Below, piece after piece: positions 31,708 through 39,486 of a stretch of 42,774 nt of DNA (within the stretch, counting starts at the first letter, position 1; the number at the start of each line of letters is the position of its first letter). The position numbers and the translations under genes are program-made. The stretch comes from a virus. Under the pieces are notes generated by a model. That model saw only the letters and a list, made by a program, of their open reading frames with translations. It was not told the DNA's origin and did not search any database. The stretch lies in IMG/VR virus record IMGVR_UViG_3300031372_000018, positions 1 through 42,774 of that record. One strand, written 5' to 3'.

Positions 31708-32066
31708 GCGAACCACTAGGATTTCTGGACTGGATCTGGCTGATGGTCGATACCCACTGGATACCGATCGTTGCGCTATTCCAGGCTACTTTCTGCGGCG
31801 GCATTGCTTTCACAATCGGCTTCAAGTACCAGCGGCGCGGATCCAAATATCGATTATTGCCATCGATTTGTGCTGCAGGCCTAGCAAGCTTGTTCGCTCA
31901 ACAATGGCTAAGCATTGTCGGACGCATCCTGATGTATTCGGAGTGGCCGGTGGTTTCGGTGTACAACACGCTCATATTCGGGATTCTGTTCCTGCTCATA
32001 GCCAGGTCGAGCGGCAACGTGGCCCAAATGTTCAATTTTGAAGATAAGAAGGAAATGCACGCATGA
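31704..32066 (+). CDS. Membrane protein, holin/antiholin candidate (120 aa)
   Basis: ATG 31704 (ATGA overlap). Multiple hydrophobic segments. Confidence 0.4.
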   Translation: MSEPLGFLDWIWLMVDTHWIPIVALFQATFCGGIAFTIGFKYQRRGSKYRLLPSICAAGLASLFAQQWLSIVGRILMYSEWPVVSVYNTLIFGILFLLIARSSGNVAQMFNFEDKKEMHA

Positions 32067-32527
32067 CGCTGATTTCAGATATCCGACAGGGCCTGGCACT
32101 GCTACCGCCTCAGATGGGCACCAGGCCTGCGCGCATCATGCTGATCGCCATCAATGGACAGGAGAACCCTCGCCGACTTGAGCAGCAGGTAGGCGGTCCA
32201 GCGCGAGGCGACTACCAGTTTGAGAAGGGCGGGGGCGTAAAAGGCGTGATGACGCATGCCGCCTCCAAAGAGCATTGCAAAACGGTATGCAAGGCTCGCG
32301 GCGTTCAATTCGACGCAGACGCTATCTACGAGGCCATTGGAACCGATCCAATCCTTGCGGCAGCCTTGGCGCGCCTACTGCTCTGGACTGATCCAAAGCC
32401 CATGCCTGCAGCAGGAGACGATAAGGGCGGATGGGCTCTGTATGAGCGCGTATGGCGACCAGGCAAGCCACACCCTGACAGGTGGGCTGCCAACTATGCA
32501 AAAGGCATGAAAGAGGCTGACGCGTAA
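32063..32527 (+). CDS. Putative endolysin (transglycosylase-like)
   Basis: 154 aa, between the membrane proteins and Rz. The segment QENPRRLEQQVGGPARGDYQFE loosely resembles SLT-type motifs. The call rests mainly on position. Confidence 0.4.
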   Translation: MTLISDIRQGLALLPPQMGTRPARIMLIAINGQENPRRLEQQVGGPARGDYQFEKGGGVKGVMTHAASKEHCKTVCKARGVQFDADAIYEAIGTDPILAAALARLLLWTDPKPMPAAGDDKGGWALYERVWRPGKPHPDRWAANYAKGMKEADA

Positions 32528-32985
32528 TGTACGGCTATGTCCTTGCTGCCGCGATCGGCTTCGCCTCGGCCTGGGGCATCCAGTCGCTTCGCTGGAGCGA
32601 GGATATAGCCCAGGCTGCCCGCTCTAACTCGGAAAGCATTGCCGCCAACGTGAACGCAGTGAATGACGCGCTCATCGAGTCCAGGCATGAGACCGAGTCA
32701 ATCCGCCAAACCTTCATCGATTTCAAAGCAGGTGCCAGCCGTGAGATTAACAGCCTTGAGTCTGATGTTGCTGCTGGTAAGCGCCTGCGCATCGGCGCCA
32801 AGTGTCCAGCAGTGTCCGCAACCGGAGCCAATGCCAGCGGAACTAGTACCGGAACCGCAGAGCTTGACGCCACTGCTACGCGCGCTTATTTCCAGCTCGA
32901 ACGCGGACTTGCCGAGCAGTACGGACTCCTCCAATTCTGCCGACAAGAATTGATCAAGCGCAGCGCAAAAGAAAAGGCCCGCTAG
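32527..32985 (+). CDS. Rz: i-spanin (Rz-like)
   Basis: 152 aa, with an N-terminal TM (YVLAAAIGFASAWGI), a coiled coil, and the DVAAGKRLRIGAKC motif recalled from Rz proteins. Confidence 0.75.
   Translation: MYGYVLAAAIGFASAWGIQSLRWSEDIAQAARSNSESIAANVNAVNDALIESRHETESIRQTFIDFKAGASREINSLESDVAAGKRLRIGAKCPAVSATGANASGTSTGTAELDATATRAYFQLERGLAEQYGLLQFCRQELIKRSAKEKAR
32741..32953 (+). CDS. Rz1: o-spanin lipoprotein (Rz1-like), nested in the +1 frame of Rz
   Basis: GTG 32741 gives MRLTALSLMLLLVSAC with the lipobox LVSAC, followed by a Pro-rich mature part. It lies wholly inside Rz. Confidence 0.6.
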   Translation: MRLTALSLMLLLVSACASAPSVQQCPQPEPMPAELVPEPQSLTPLLRALISSSNADLPSSTDSSNSADKN

Positions 32986-32997
32986 GGCCTTTGTCTT
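32974..32997. terminator. Bidirectional intrinsic terminator between late and early arms
   Basis: AAGGCCC (32974-32980) pairs with GGGCCTT (32985-32991) around the loop GCTA, with T-rich flanks on both strands. Confidence 0.7.
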
Positions 32998-32998
32998 A

Positions 32999-33643
32999 TC
33001 AAGCGAATGGGTCATCCCCTTCTTCAAGCGGTGGCGGCTCATCGGCAATTGGCTCCGGATCTGCAGCCACTGGAGCGGCAGCGCGCCTCAGCCTGGCCTT
33101 CTGTCCTTCCAACAGAAGCGCCTTCTTCTCCAGGGCAACGATCACAGATTCGGCATCCGTCTCGCCAGGGCGAACCTTGGCTACCTGCTTCTCGAATGCT
33201 TCGTCTGGCCAGTAAGTAGGTTCGGCCACAGCTTGAGAGTGCTGAGGATAGTATGGCTCTACAGTCTGCACACCCTTTTTGCCTTTCTTGATGTTGACTG
33301 CAACCTTCTTAGTGCCATCTATGTGGCTTAGGTGACTGGCGCGGATACCGCCAATGGCCTCGCCACCCCAGGTAACTGTTTCATCGCAGTAGAGCACAGC
33401 ATAGCGGCCGATCCATTGCGATGGGTCATTGCCCCAGCACGCGCAGAGGACGCGCAGGGATGTCTTGGAAGGCTTCCATGGCTGAGGCCATGAGTCGATC
33501 ACGATGGCGACAGGCTGGTCAGCGCTGCCAGCCTTTACGTCGACGATCTTGGATACCAGCGAGCCGCCCATAATGTCGCAGCTGTTGAGCTGGTCTGACT
33601 TCGCCTGGGTGGCGCGCTGTAGTTGTTCGGCTGTGAGTGTCAT
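32999..33643 (-). CDS. Hypothetical protein, candidate ssDNA-binding/annealing partner of the exonuclease
   Basis: 214 aa, ATGA-coupled to the upstream exonuclease gene. It has a flexible Pro/Ala-rich linker and the acidic C-terminal tip EEGDDPFA, reminiscent of SSB-type tails. Confidence 0.4.
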   Translation of the reverse strand: MTLTAEQLQRATQAKSDQLNSCDIMGGSLVSKIVDVKAGSADQPVAIVIDSWPQPWKPSKTSLRVLCACWGNDPSQWIGRYAVLYCDETVTWGGEAIGGIRASHLSHIDGTKKVAVNIKKGKKGVQTVEPYYPQHSQAVAEPTYWPDEAFEKQVAKVRPGETDAESVIVALEKKALLLEGQKARLRRAAAPVAADPEPIADEPPPLEEGDDPFA

Positions 33644-34452
33644 TGTTCCAGTTCCATATCTTCCATCAGTTCATTTGCGGCCCAGCTAGTAACACTGGAC
33701 AACTCCGACTCATCCTCATACCCAGGCCAAATGCCTGAGTCCATGCAGCGCGCATACTGATCCAACGCCTCGCGATAATGCTTACGGCCCAGGATCAAGG
33801 CGATCTCGTCGAGGTCATGCAAGACCACACCGTGCGGCGACTTCTCCTCGATGGCGACCAAGGGGAAGTCCTTGATATCCTCGCCGGTCTCGCACTTCCA
33901 GACGTGCTGATACCAAGCCACGCCCATGTAATAGCCGTAGTTCGTGATCGCTTTAGTGAACTCCGAGCCGCGCGCATCCTGGCACTTCTTCAGATCAAAC
34001 GCCGAGAAACCATCACCCTTACGATCGAACCGGCACTTGATTGGCACCCCGGTCTCGGGATCAACCGAGAACACAGACAACTCATTGCGCCCAGGTTGAG
34101 CCATGATGCGCTTGAAGCGACCGTTGGCATAGGCGGCATTCTGCATGCCGATGATGCGGCGATGCTCGGGGCGTGTCAGTACGCGATGACCACCAACATC
34201 CTTGGCAAGGCCCTTGTACTCAGCCTTGACGCGATCGTCTGACTCGGCGACCAAGTAGTAGCTAGCGAAGCGGTCCGGCTCCAGCAACGCACAGTGAATC
34301 GCAGAGCCGATCTCTTTGGCACGACTGTCGTGCGCTGTCTCTTCGCGATATTTGAAGTGCGCAGGGCTTTGGCGGATCAGCTTGAGACCGGAGTTACTGG
34401 CCGCTTCGAAGGCGAAGTAGTCATCGGATAGCATGTTTTCGATGATAGGCAT
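33640..34452 (-). CDS. PD-(D/E)XK exonuclease (RecE C-terminal / PDDEXK_1-like)
   Basis: 270 aa. Motifs: GSAIHCALLE, then ELSVF...KCRFD, then FDLKKC, then YYMGVAWYQ. This is the order I recall for the H...E...D...DxK...Y..Q signature. Confidence 0.65.
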   Translation of the reverse strand: MPIIENMLSDDYFAFEAASNSGLKLIRQSPAHFKYREETAHDSRAKEIGSAIHCALLEPDRFASYYLVAESDDRVKAEYKGLAKDVGGHRVLTRPEHRRIIGMQNAAYANGRFKRIMAQPGRNELSVFSVDPETGVPIKCRFDRKGDGFSAFDLKKCQDARGSEFTKAITNYGYYMGVAWYQHVWKCETGEDIKDFPLVAIEEKSPHGVVLHDLDEIALILGRKHYREALDQYARCMDSGIWPGYEDESELSSVTSWAANELMEDMELEQ

Positions 34453-34742
34453 TAGAGCGGCACTCCGTCTGCGTCAACCTTGAGCAGCAAGTGAAGCTCT
34501 CGCTCGGTACGATCCAAATCGTTGTAGGGTCCGCCGGATAATTCACCGCTCAGGTATGATTGATGCTCACGAGTGCCCCATCCACACATTGGTGATGGGA
34601 TGCCCTTAAAGTTAGCCCACACCTGCAACTCATCGGTATGCCCCCAGTACTGCACATGAACATCAATCTTGCCTTGCGCACTGATCTGCATCGCAAGCCG
34701 CTGAATGCGCGAGCACTGATCAATTTGTTCCTTAGTAGCCAT
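34452..34742 (-). CDS. Hypothetical protein (96 aa)
   Basis: GAGAGGGG RBS; TAATG overlap with the downstream gene. Confidence 0.65.
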   Translation of the reverse strand: MATKEQIDQCSRIQRLAMQISAQGKIDVHVQYWGHTDELQVWANFKGIPSPMCGWGTREHQSYLSGELSGGPYNDLDRTERELHLLLKVDADGVPL

Positions 34743-34754
34743 TTCAAACCCCTC

Positions 34755-35168
34755 TCAATTCGCCGCTTTAGTAGCAGCTATAGACGCACAATAAACCTGA
34801 TAATCACTATAGGCAAGCTTGAACTGCTCGACGCCGTAGCAGATGGCCGCGAACCCTCCTGAGGCGTCGACAGCCTCAAGGAAGGCGATCTGCTCGGGGC
34901 TAACCCTTGACTTTGATTTCACCTGACGTTTCATCTCAAATGCGCCAACTGGCGACCTGGCGATGATCCAGTCAGATGGGCCGGACTTCACGCCCATCTT
35001 CCTGCGCTTGGCCATGTACTGCGGCGAGGCCTTGATCTCGTTAGGTACATGAAATGCAAGCGCCCAGTCGTCCGGATGGTGAAGCTCAAGCCATCCCGCC
35101 GAATTGATCTGCTCAACCGCTTCGCTTGGACAATCACCCTTGAGATTGCCGTCGTAGATGCGAATCAA
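34755..35168 (-). CDS. VRR-NUC domain nuclease
   Basis: 137 aa from TTG 35168, which overlaps the helicase stop (TTGA), with GGAG 9 nt upstream. The pattern PSDWIIARSPVGAFEMKR...SPEQIAFL is VRR-NUC-like (D..ExK). Confidence 0.6.
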   Translation of the reverse strand: MIRIYDGNLKGDCPSEAVEQINSAGWLELHHPDDWALAFHVPNEIKASPQYMAKRRKMGVKSGPSDWIIARSPVGAFEMKRQVKSKSRVSPEQIAFLEAVDASGGFAAICYGVEQFKLAYSDYQVYCASIAATKAAN

Positions 35169-37048
35169 GCTGATTGCTCCTGCTCGGTGGCGAAGTAACG
35201 CCTGCCCACGGACCACTTACCCTTCGCGTTCTGCCTGGCGATGATGTGAGTAGGCACCCGGAAGATGGAAGACATTGCCACGACCTGATTGCTCGTCATC
35301 CGCCTAGCTATGGCCTGGCCCTTTGGCGTATCGACGTGCTCCTTGACCAGATTGTTGTAGTAGATCCGCGTGTTAATCACCGCCTTCGCGCCAGCATTTG
35401 GATAGTAAATCTCTATTGGCTCCCTACCGTCTGATAGTTTCCATTTAACGTAGAGCGCACCTCCAGGCCCGGTAGCGAGATTCATACTGACCACAGGTAT
35501 CGCCTCGGCGTCCTTGAAGTGCGTCTTGCTCAGCTTCTCATTGGGGTCGATCAATTCGGCTTGGCATTTGGCATTTCGGCATTGCCTGGCGACTACATCA
35601 TTCTGCGTCTGGCAGTGAGGGCAAAGCCTGAACGACCAGAAGTGATCGCAGCGCAGTTTCGTGCTCTTATCCACCTGAATGCAGCGGCGTGCATGCATCG
35701 AGTTCTCAGCCTTGCACTTGGGGCACTGGATCGTCTCATGCTCCTTCTTGGCCCGCTCAAGCTCAGCCTGCTCAAGCACTGGGTTTTCATACAGCTTGCC
35801 CAAGCGGTCCATTACGCTGGCATAGTCAAGGATCAACGCATTAGGCTTATCGCTGGCCGCAATCAGGTCTTTGCGCTCATCTGCTGTCAGTGGATCTCGC
35901 TCGATCATCGGCACGTCATCGGCGCCGATTAAGAGGCGCAGGACACGCCCTATCGCCTGAGTGAGCAAGGTCAGCGTACCGATAGGCCGCATGAATACCA
36001 GCGTGTCCCACCAGGGCACGTTGACGCCCGTAGTCAGCACGCCGACGTTCACCGTGTACTTGATCTCGCCTGACTGCGCAGCCTTGAGCAGCCGAGTCTT
36101 GTCCTTCTCCGGTGTAGAGTCCACGATCAGCCCTATCGATGCCGGATCAACCCCCAAGCGCTCCAGCATCTTGACGATGTTGCGAGCATGCTTCTTGGTC
36201 GAAGCGAAGATCAGAACGCCCTTGCGAGGCGCGGCGATAGTGATTACTTCGGCCAGGATCTCCGCCATCAACTGTTCTGATTCGGTGAGCTTATTCAGTT
36301 CTTTCTCATCGTCGCGATCCCAGTCCGCGAGCGAAAAGTCATAGCCCTGGACCGAATGCGCACCAAACTGAGGCGGCACCACCCAGCCTTCCTCAATCAT
36401 GAACTCAGTAGAAACCAATCCATTACCAACGCCGCCCTCTGGGTAAAATGGATCGCCAGGCTCGATAGACGCGAAGCCTGACCAGAATGGACCAATGATC
36501 GAATCCAGTGATCGGAAGGGTGAGCCGGTGAACCCAACCAGGCGCAGATGAGGCTTCAGTCGATAGAAGTGCAGAATCGTCTTCATGAATTGACTTTCAC
36601 TATCATCCCATCCGACCTGATGGCATTCATCTATCAGAATAAGGTCAGGATGCCAGGATTTATCAGGCCCGAACCTTTTCTCTAGCGCACGCGCAATGGT
36701 GCCTTCCGTGGCATAGACCACGTCGTAGTAGAGCGATTTTCTGCCGCCGAATGCAGAAGCGGAGTAGACGCTGCTCTTGAGATCAATTGACCAGGCGGCC
36801 TCCGAATTTTGCTCACAAAGGATGCCGCTTCGCTGTATGACAAGCACACGCACGCGATTACCTTTGGAAGCTCCAGACTCGTAAACCGTCTTTGATAGCT
36901 CGCATAGCATTACGGATTTGCCGGAAGAAACTGATGCGTTCACTACTACAGGAGGATGGATTTTTAATCCGGCGAATTCAATGCTGGCCTTGGTACGCAT
37001 GTGTTTCAAGCAGGCCGCATGAACAGGTTTCTGAAAAGCTAATAACAT
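35165..37048 (-). CDS. Superfamily 2 (DEAD/DEAH-type) helicase with two zinc-ribbon-like Cys clusters
   Basis: 627 aa from ATG 37048 (RBS GAGGGGGGG). Motif I is SVSSGKSV and motif II is LILIDECHQV. The C-terminal Cys clusters are CPKC...C...C and CPHC...C...C. Confidence 0.8.
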   Translation of the reverse strand: MLLAFQKPVHAACLKHMRTKASIEFAGLKIHPPVVVNASVSSGKSVMLCELSKTVYESGASKGNRVRVLVIQRSGILCEQNSEAAWSIDLKSSVYSASAFGGRKSLYYDVVYATEGTIARALEKRFGPDKSWHPDLILIDECHQVGWDDSESQFMKTILHFYRLKPHLRLVGFTGSPFRSLDSIIGPFWSGFASIEPGDPFYPEGGVGNGLVSTEFMIEEGWVVPPQFGAHSVQGYDFSLADWDRDDEKELNKLTESEQLMAEILAEVITIAAPRKGVLIFASTKKHARNIVKMLERLGVDPASIGLIVDSTPEKDKTRLLKAAQSGEIKYTVNVGVLTTGVNVPWWDTLVFMRPIGTLTLLTQAIGRVLRLLIGADDVPMIERDPLTADERKDLIAASDKPNALILDYASVMDRLGKLYENPVLEQAELERAKKEHETIQCPKCKAENSMHARRCIQVDKSTKLRCDHFWSFRLCPHCQTQNDVVARQCRNAKCQAELIDPNEKLSKTHFKDAEAIPVVSMNLATGPGGALYVKWKLSDGREPIEIYYPNAGAKAVINTRIYYNNLVKEHVDTPKGQAIARRMTSNQVVAMSSIFRVPTHIIARQNAKGKWSVGRRYFATEQEQSA

Positions 37049-37059
37049 GAACCCCCCCC

Positions 37060-37743
37060 TCAAGGCATTTCAGGCCAAAACCTGTTGCCCTTCTTAATGT
37101 TTTCCAGCTTTGAAATTATTTGTAGATTCGCTTCGCAGTGAAGCCCACAGACAAGCTTAGAGTTAAGCGGGACTATATGGTCTACTTGGTAATCTTTTCC
37201 CGATATGCGCGAGGCCAGATAAGCTCTCCTGTAAATCTTATCTATTGCCTGATGGTCAGCCCATCCAGGTACTGCCCGGATCTTAGCAGACCTCCTTTTT
37301 GCATTTATTCTACGAATAACGAATCTGTTATTTTTACGATAATTCCGATCAAATTCAGAAATCTTCTTTTTATTTTTTGCTCGGTACTTAAGCTTGGATA
37401 TTAAAATTGATTTTTGCTGATCATGATCAATATTTCTTCTGAGACTAAGAACATAATCTCGGTTACTCCAATACCAATATTTGCTTCTAAGGGCTACCAA
37501 GCGCCTGTTTATCCTGGAATATTCTGCCCTTTGCTCGGATATCTGGTCTGCATTCTTTACCCTATACGCCTCCATCCTTTCTTTTATCGCGATCTTGTTA
37601 GCCAATGCGTAAGATTTGTATTTTTCAGCCGCGCAAGATTTGCAGTAGGACTGAACACCGCTAGCCCTCCGCTTACATTTGCTGAAACTTTCTAAAGTCT
37701 TGAACGTGTCGCACGATACACAAAGGCTAAAGGTTGACATCAT
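37060..37743 (-). CDS. HNH endonuclease (free-standing, homing-type), AT-rich
   Basis: About 227 aa. HNH core is VDHIVPLNSKLVCGLHCEANLQIISKLENIKKGN, with N-terminal CxxC...CxxC. A hand count gives 29 G+C in 100 nt at 37301-37400, against 57 in 100 at 36101-36200. The exact start is uncertain (ATG 37743 or 37740). Confidence 0.8.
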   Translation of the reverse strand: MMSTFSLCVSCDTFKTLESFSKCKRRASGVQSYCKSCAAEKYKSYALANKIAIKERMEAYRVKNADQISEQRAEYSRINRRLVALRSKYWYWSNRDYVLSLRRNIDHDQQKSILISKLKYRAKNKKKISEFDRNYRKNNRFVIRRINAKRRSAKIRAVPGWADHQAIDKIYRRAYLASRISGKDYQVDHIVPLNSKLVCGLHCEANLQIISKLENIKKGNRFWPEMP

Positions 37744-38626
37744 CAGCCTCCGGCACATCAGCGATCGCCATCAGCAACTCAGCCAGGATTCCCGCATCAA
37801 CCTCGACACGCTCAGCGCTGTTGCCGAGAATTATAGACTCCAAGAGCGACGGCTCAATGGACTTGTAGACAGCCCTGGCAGCCCATTCCAGCGCATCGGG
37901 CATCTTTGCCTTGACCTTCTTGACCTTTGGCTCTTTCGTAGCGGCAGCGGCTGTTACACGGTCTTTACCAAGCTCTGCAGCTACATCCTTGCGGCGCTCG
38001 ATCTCGGCTGGAGCATCCGCCTTGAATTCACGAATGATCTTGACAGCTTCGGTTGGCGAAACCACGCCAGCGCTGACAGCCTGGTGCACCTCTTCGCCGC
38101 CATCTGCGAGCAGTAACATCTGGTCGACGTGCGCACGCGAGCGATTCACCATCTTGGCGATCTCGGCAGCGCTGAGCGAATCCATGTCGCGCATGTCGCG
38201 GTAGACCTTGGCCTCACCTACCTTGCTCAAGGGGAGCTGGTTGTTGCTGGTCACGATGCGCGCGCGACGCTCGGCCATGGTGCCTTTGAATGCGGTGGCG
38301 CTGATGTATTCCAGCGGCTCACCGTCGACCTGAGCGCCTTCAAGCAGCAGTTCGCGGTAGCAGGCAGTGCGGCAGTGACCCTCAACCACCTCGGTGGCGC
38401 CCGTCTCAGGATTGATGGCCACTTCGATCGGAGGCAGCTTGCCGCCAGAGAGAACAAAGGTCTTCATGGCGTCGATGTGCGCGCGCAGCTCTGCAGGATC
38501 GTTGAAGCGGCGACTGTCATTGAAACCCTCAACGATGACCAGGCCGTCGATCTTGACGCGGAACAGGTCGCCACGTTTGACGATCTTGTCGCTGACCAGC
38601 TTGTTCATGGTGATTGGTGCGTTCAT
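37727..38626 (-). CDS. ParB/Srx N-terminal domain protein
   Basis: 299 aa from ATG 38626 (RBS GAGAGG). The track start at 38683 lies upstream of the predicted -10. Motifs are PPIEVAINPETGATEVVEGHCRTACY and the HTH-like SAAEIAKMVNRSRAHVDQML. Confidence 0.65.
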   Translation of the reverse strand: MNAPITMNKLVSDKIVKRGDLFRVKIDGLVIVEGFNDSRRFNDPAELRAHIDAMKTFVLSGGKLPPIEVAINPETGATEVVEGHCRTACYRELLLEGAQVDGEPLEYISATAFKGTMAERRARIVTSNNQLPLSKVGEAKVYRDMRDMDSLSAAEIAKMVNRSRAHVDQMLLLADGGEEVHQAVSAGVVSPTEAVKIIREFKADAPAEIERRKDVAAELGKDRVTAAAATKEPKVKKVKAKMPDALEWAARAVYKSIEPSLLESIILGNSAERVEVDAGILAELLMAIADVPEADDVNL

Positions 38627-38643
38627 TAACTTACCTCTCTGAT

Positions 38644-38672
38644 TTACATTCATCCCGCTATAGGCCATACTA
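38644..38672 (+). promoter_or_regulatory. Possible rightward promoter of the regulator/primase operon
   Basis: TTTACA (38644-38649), 17-nt spacer, CATACT (38667-38672). Its -10 overlaps the -10 of the leftward promoter. Confidence 0.4.
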
Positions 38673-38697
38673 TAAGCCAGCAATTAATAACTATCAA
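38669..38697 (-). promoter_or_regulatory. Sigma70-like leftward promoter of the ParB-helicase-recombination operon
   Basis: On the minus strand: TTGATA (38692-38697), 17-nt spacer, TATAGT (38669-38674). The spacer begins with GTTATTAAT, which gives GATAGTTATTAAT when joined to the -35. Confidence 0.6.
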
Positions 38698-38707
38698 GGG
38701 CGCTATC

Positions 38708-39226
38708 GTGAATCAACGAAAAAAACTGGACGACAAGCTCGACGCAACCGAGGCAGGCCGCTCGCTCAAGCTGGCGCTGGAGAAGGCAGGAGGGCCCAAG
38801 GGTCTGCGTGATCTGCTATCTATCCCCAAACAAACCGTCGACAACTGGATATACATACAGAGCCGCGTCAGCCGTCGCGGCGCCATCGCCATCGACGCCC
38901 TAAACATCGGCGTCACTAAAGAACAACTGCGCCCGGATGTGAAGGACTGGACCGCTGCAGGCATGCCGCAGAAATGCCATGCCGACGAGGCTGCCAAAAC
39001 TCCACGAGGTCGCGCCTTACTCAAGCTGCTCGAGACCACCAATGGTAGCGCAAAGGCATTTGCCAGGCTCATCGGCGTCCGCTCGATTGCCATGTGGGTT
39101 GAGCGTGGCTATGTACCGCAGCGGCATGTGGATCGCATCATTGCGCTGCCTGAATTCAATGGCCTGACGCGAGCAGATGTGCGGCCTGACTTGCACGAGT
39201 TGGATTACGAGGAGAGCGCGGCATGA
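38708..39226 (+). CDS. Transcriptional regulator with two tandem Cro/YdaS-like HTH domains
   Basis: 172 aa from GTG 38708 (RBS AAGGG). An internal duplication is visible: GGPKGLRDLLSIPKQTVDNWIYIQSRVSRRGAIAIDALNIGVTKEQLRPDV versus NGSAKAFARLIGVRSIAMWVERGYVPQRHVDRIIALPEFNGLTRADVRPDL. Confidence 0.6.
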   Translation: MNQRKKLDDKLDATEAGRSLKLALEKAGGPKGLRDLLSIPKQTVDNWIYIQSRVSRRGAIAIDALNIGVTKEQLRPDVKDWTAAGMPQKCHADEAAKTPRGRALLKLLETTNGSAKAFARLIGVRSIAMWVERGYVPQRHVDRIIALPEFNGLTRADVRPDLHELDYEESAA

Positions 39227-39486
39227 AATCGAATCACAGCCATTACTTCAAGGATGTTGCAGGTCTTGAGCAGATCGATGTATATCGGGTCTTGGCGCTA
39301 TTTAAGGTGAGCGACCCATGCATTCAGCACGCCATCAAAAAACTGCTTTGCGCTGGCCAACGAGGATCTAAGTGCGTGGCCAAAGATGTTCAGGAGGCCA
39401 TAGACGCGCTTGAACGGTCGCTTGATATGCGCACAGAGGACATCCTTTCTGCCAGGCCTACTATTGAGCCAGTCATCAATGGCTAA
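39223..39486 (+). CDS. Conserved small phage protein, function unknown (87 aa)
   Basis: ATGA coupling. The HYFKDV...IDVYRVL...HAIKKLLCAGQRG pattern recurs in phage proteins I recall. Confidence 0.65.
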   Translation: MKSNHSHYFKDVAGLEQIDVYRVLALFKVSDPCIQHAIKKLLCAGQRGSKCVAKDVQEAIDALERSLDMRTEDILSARPTIEPVING

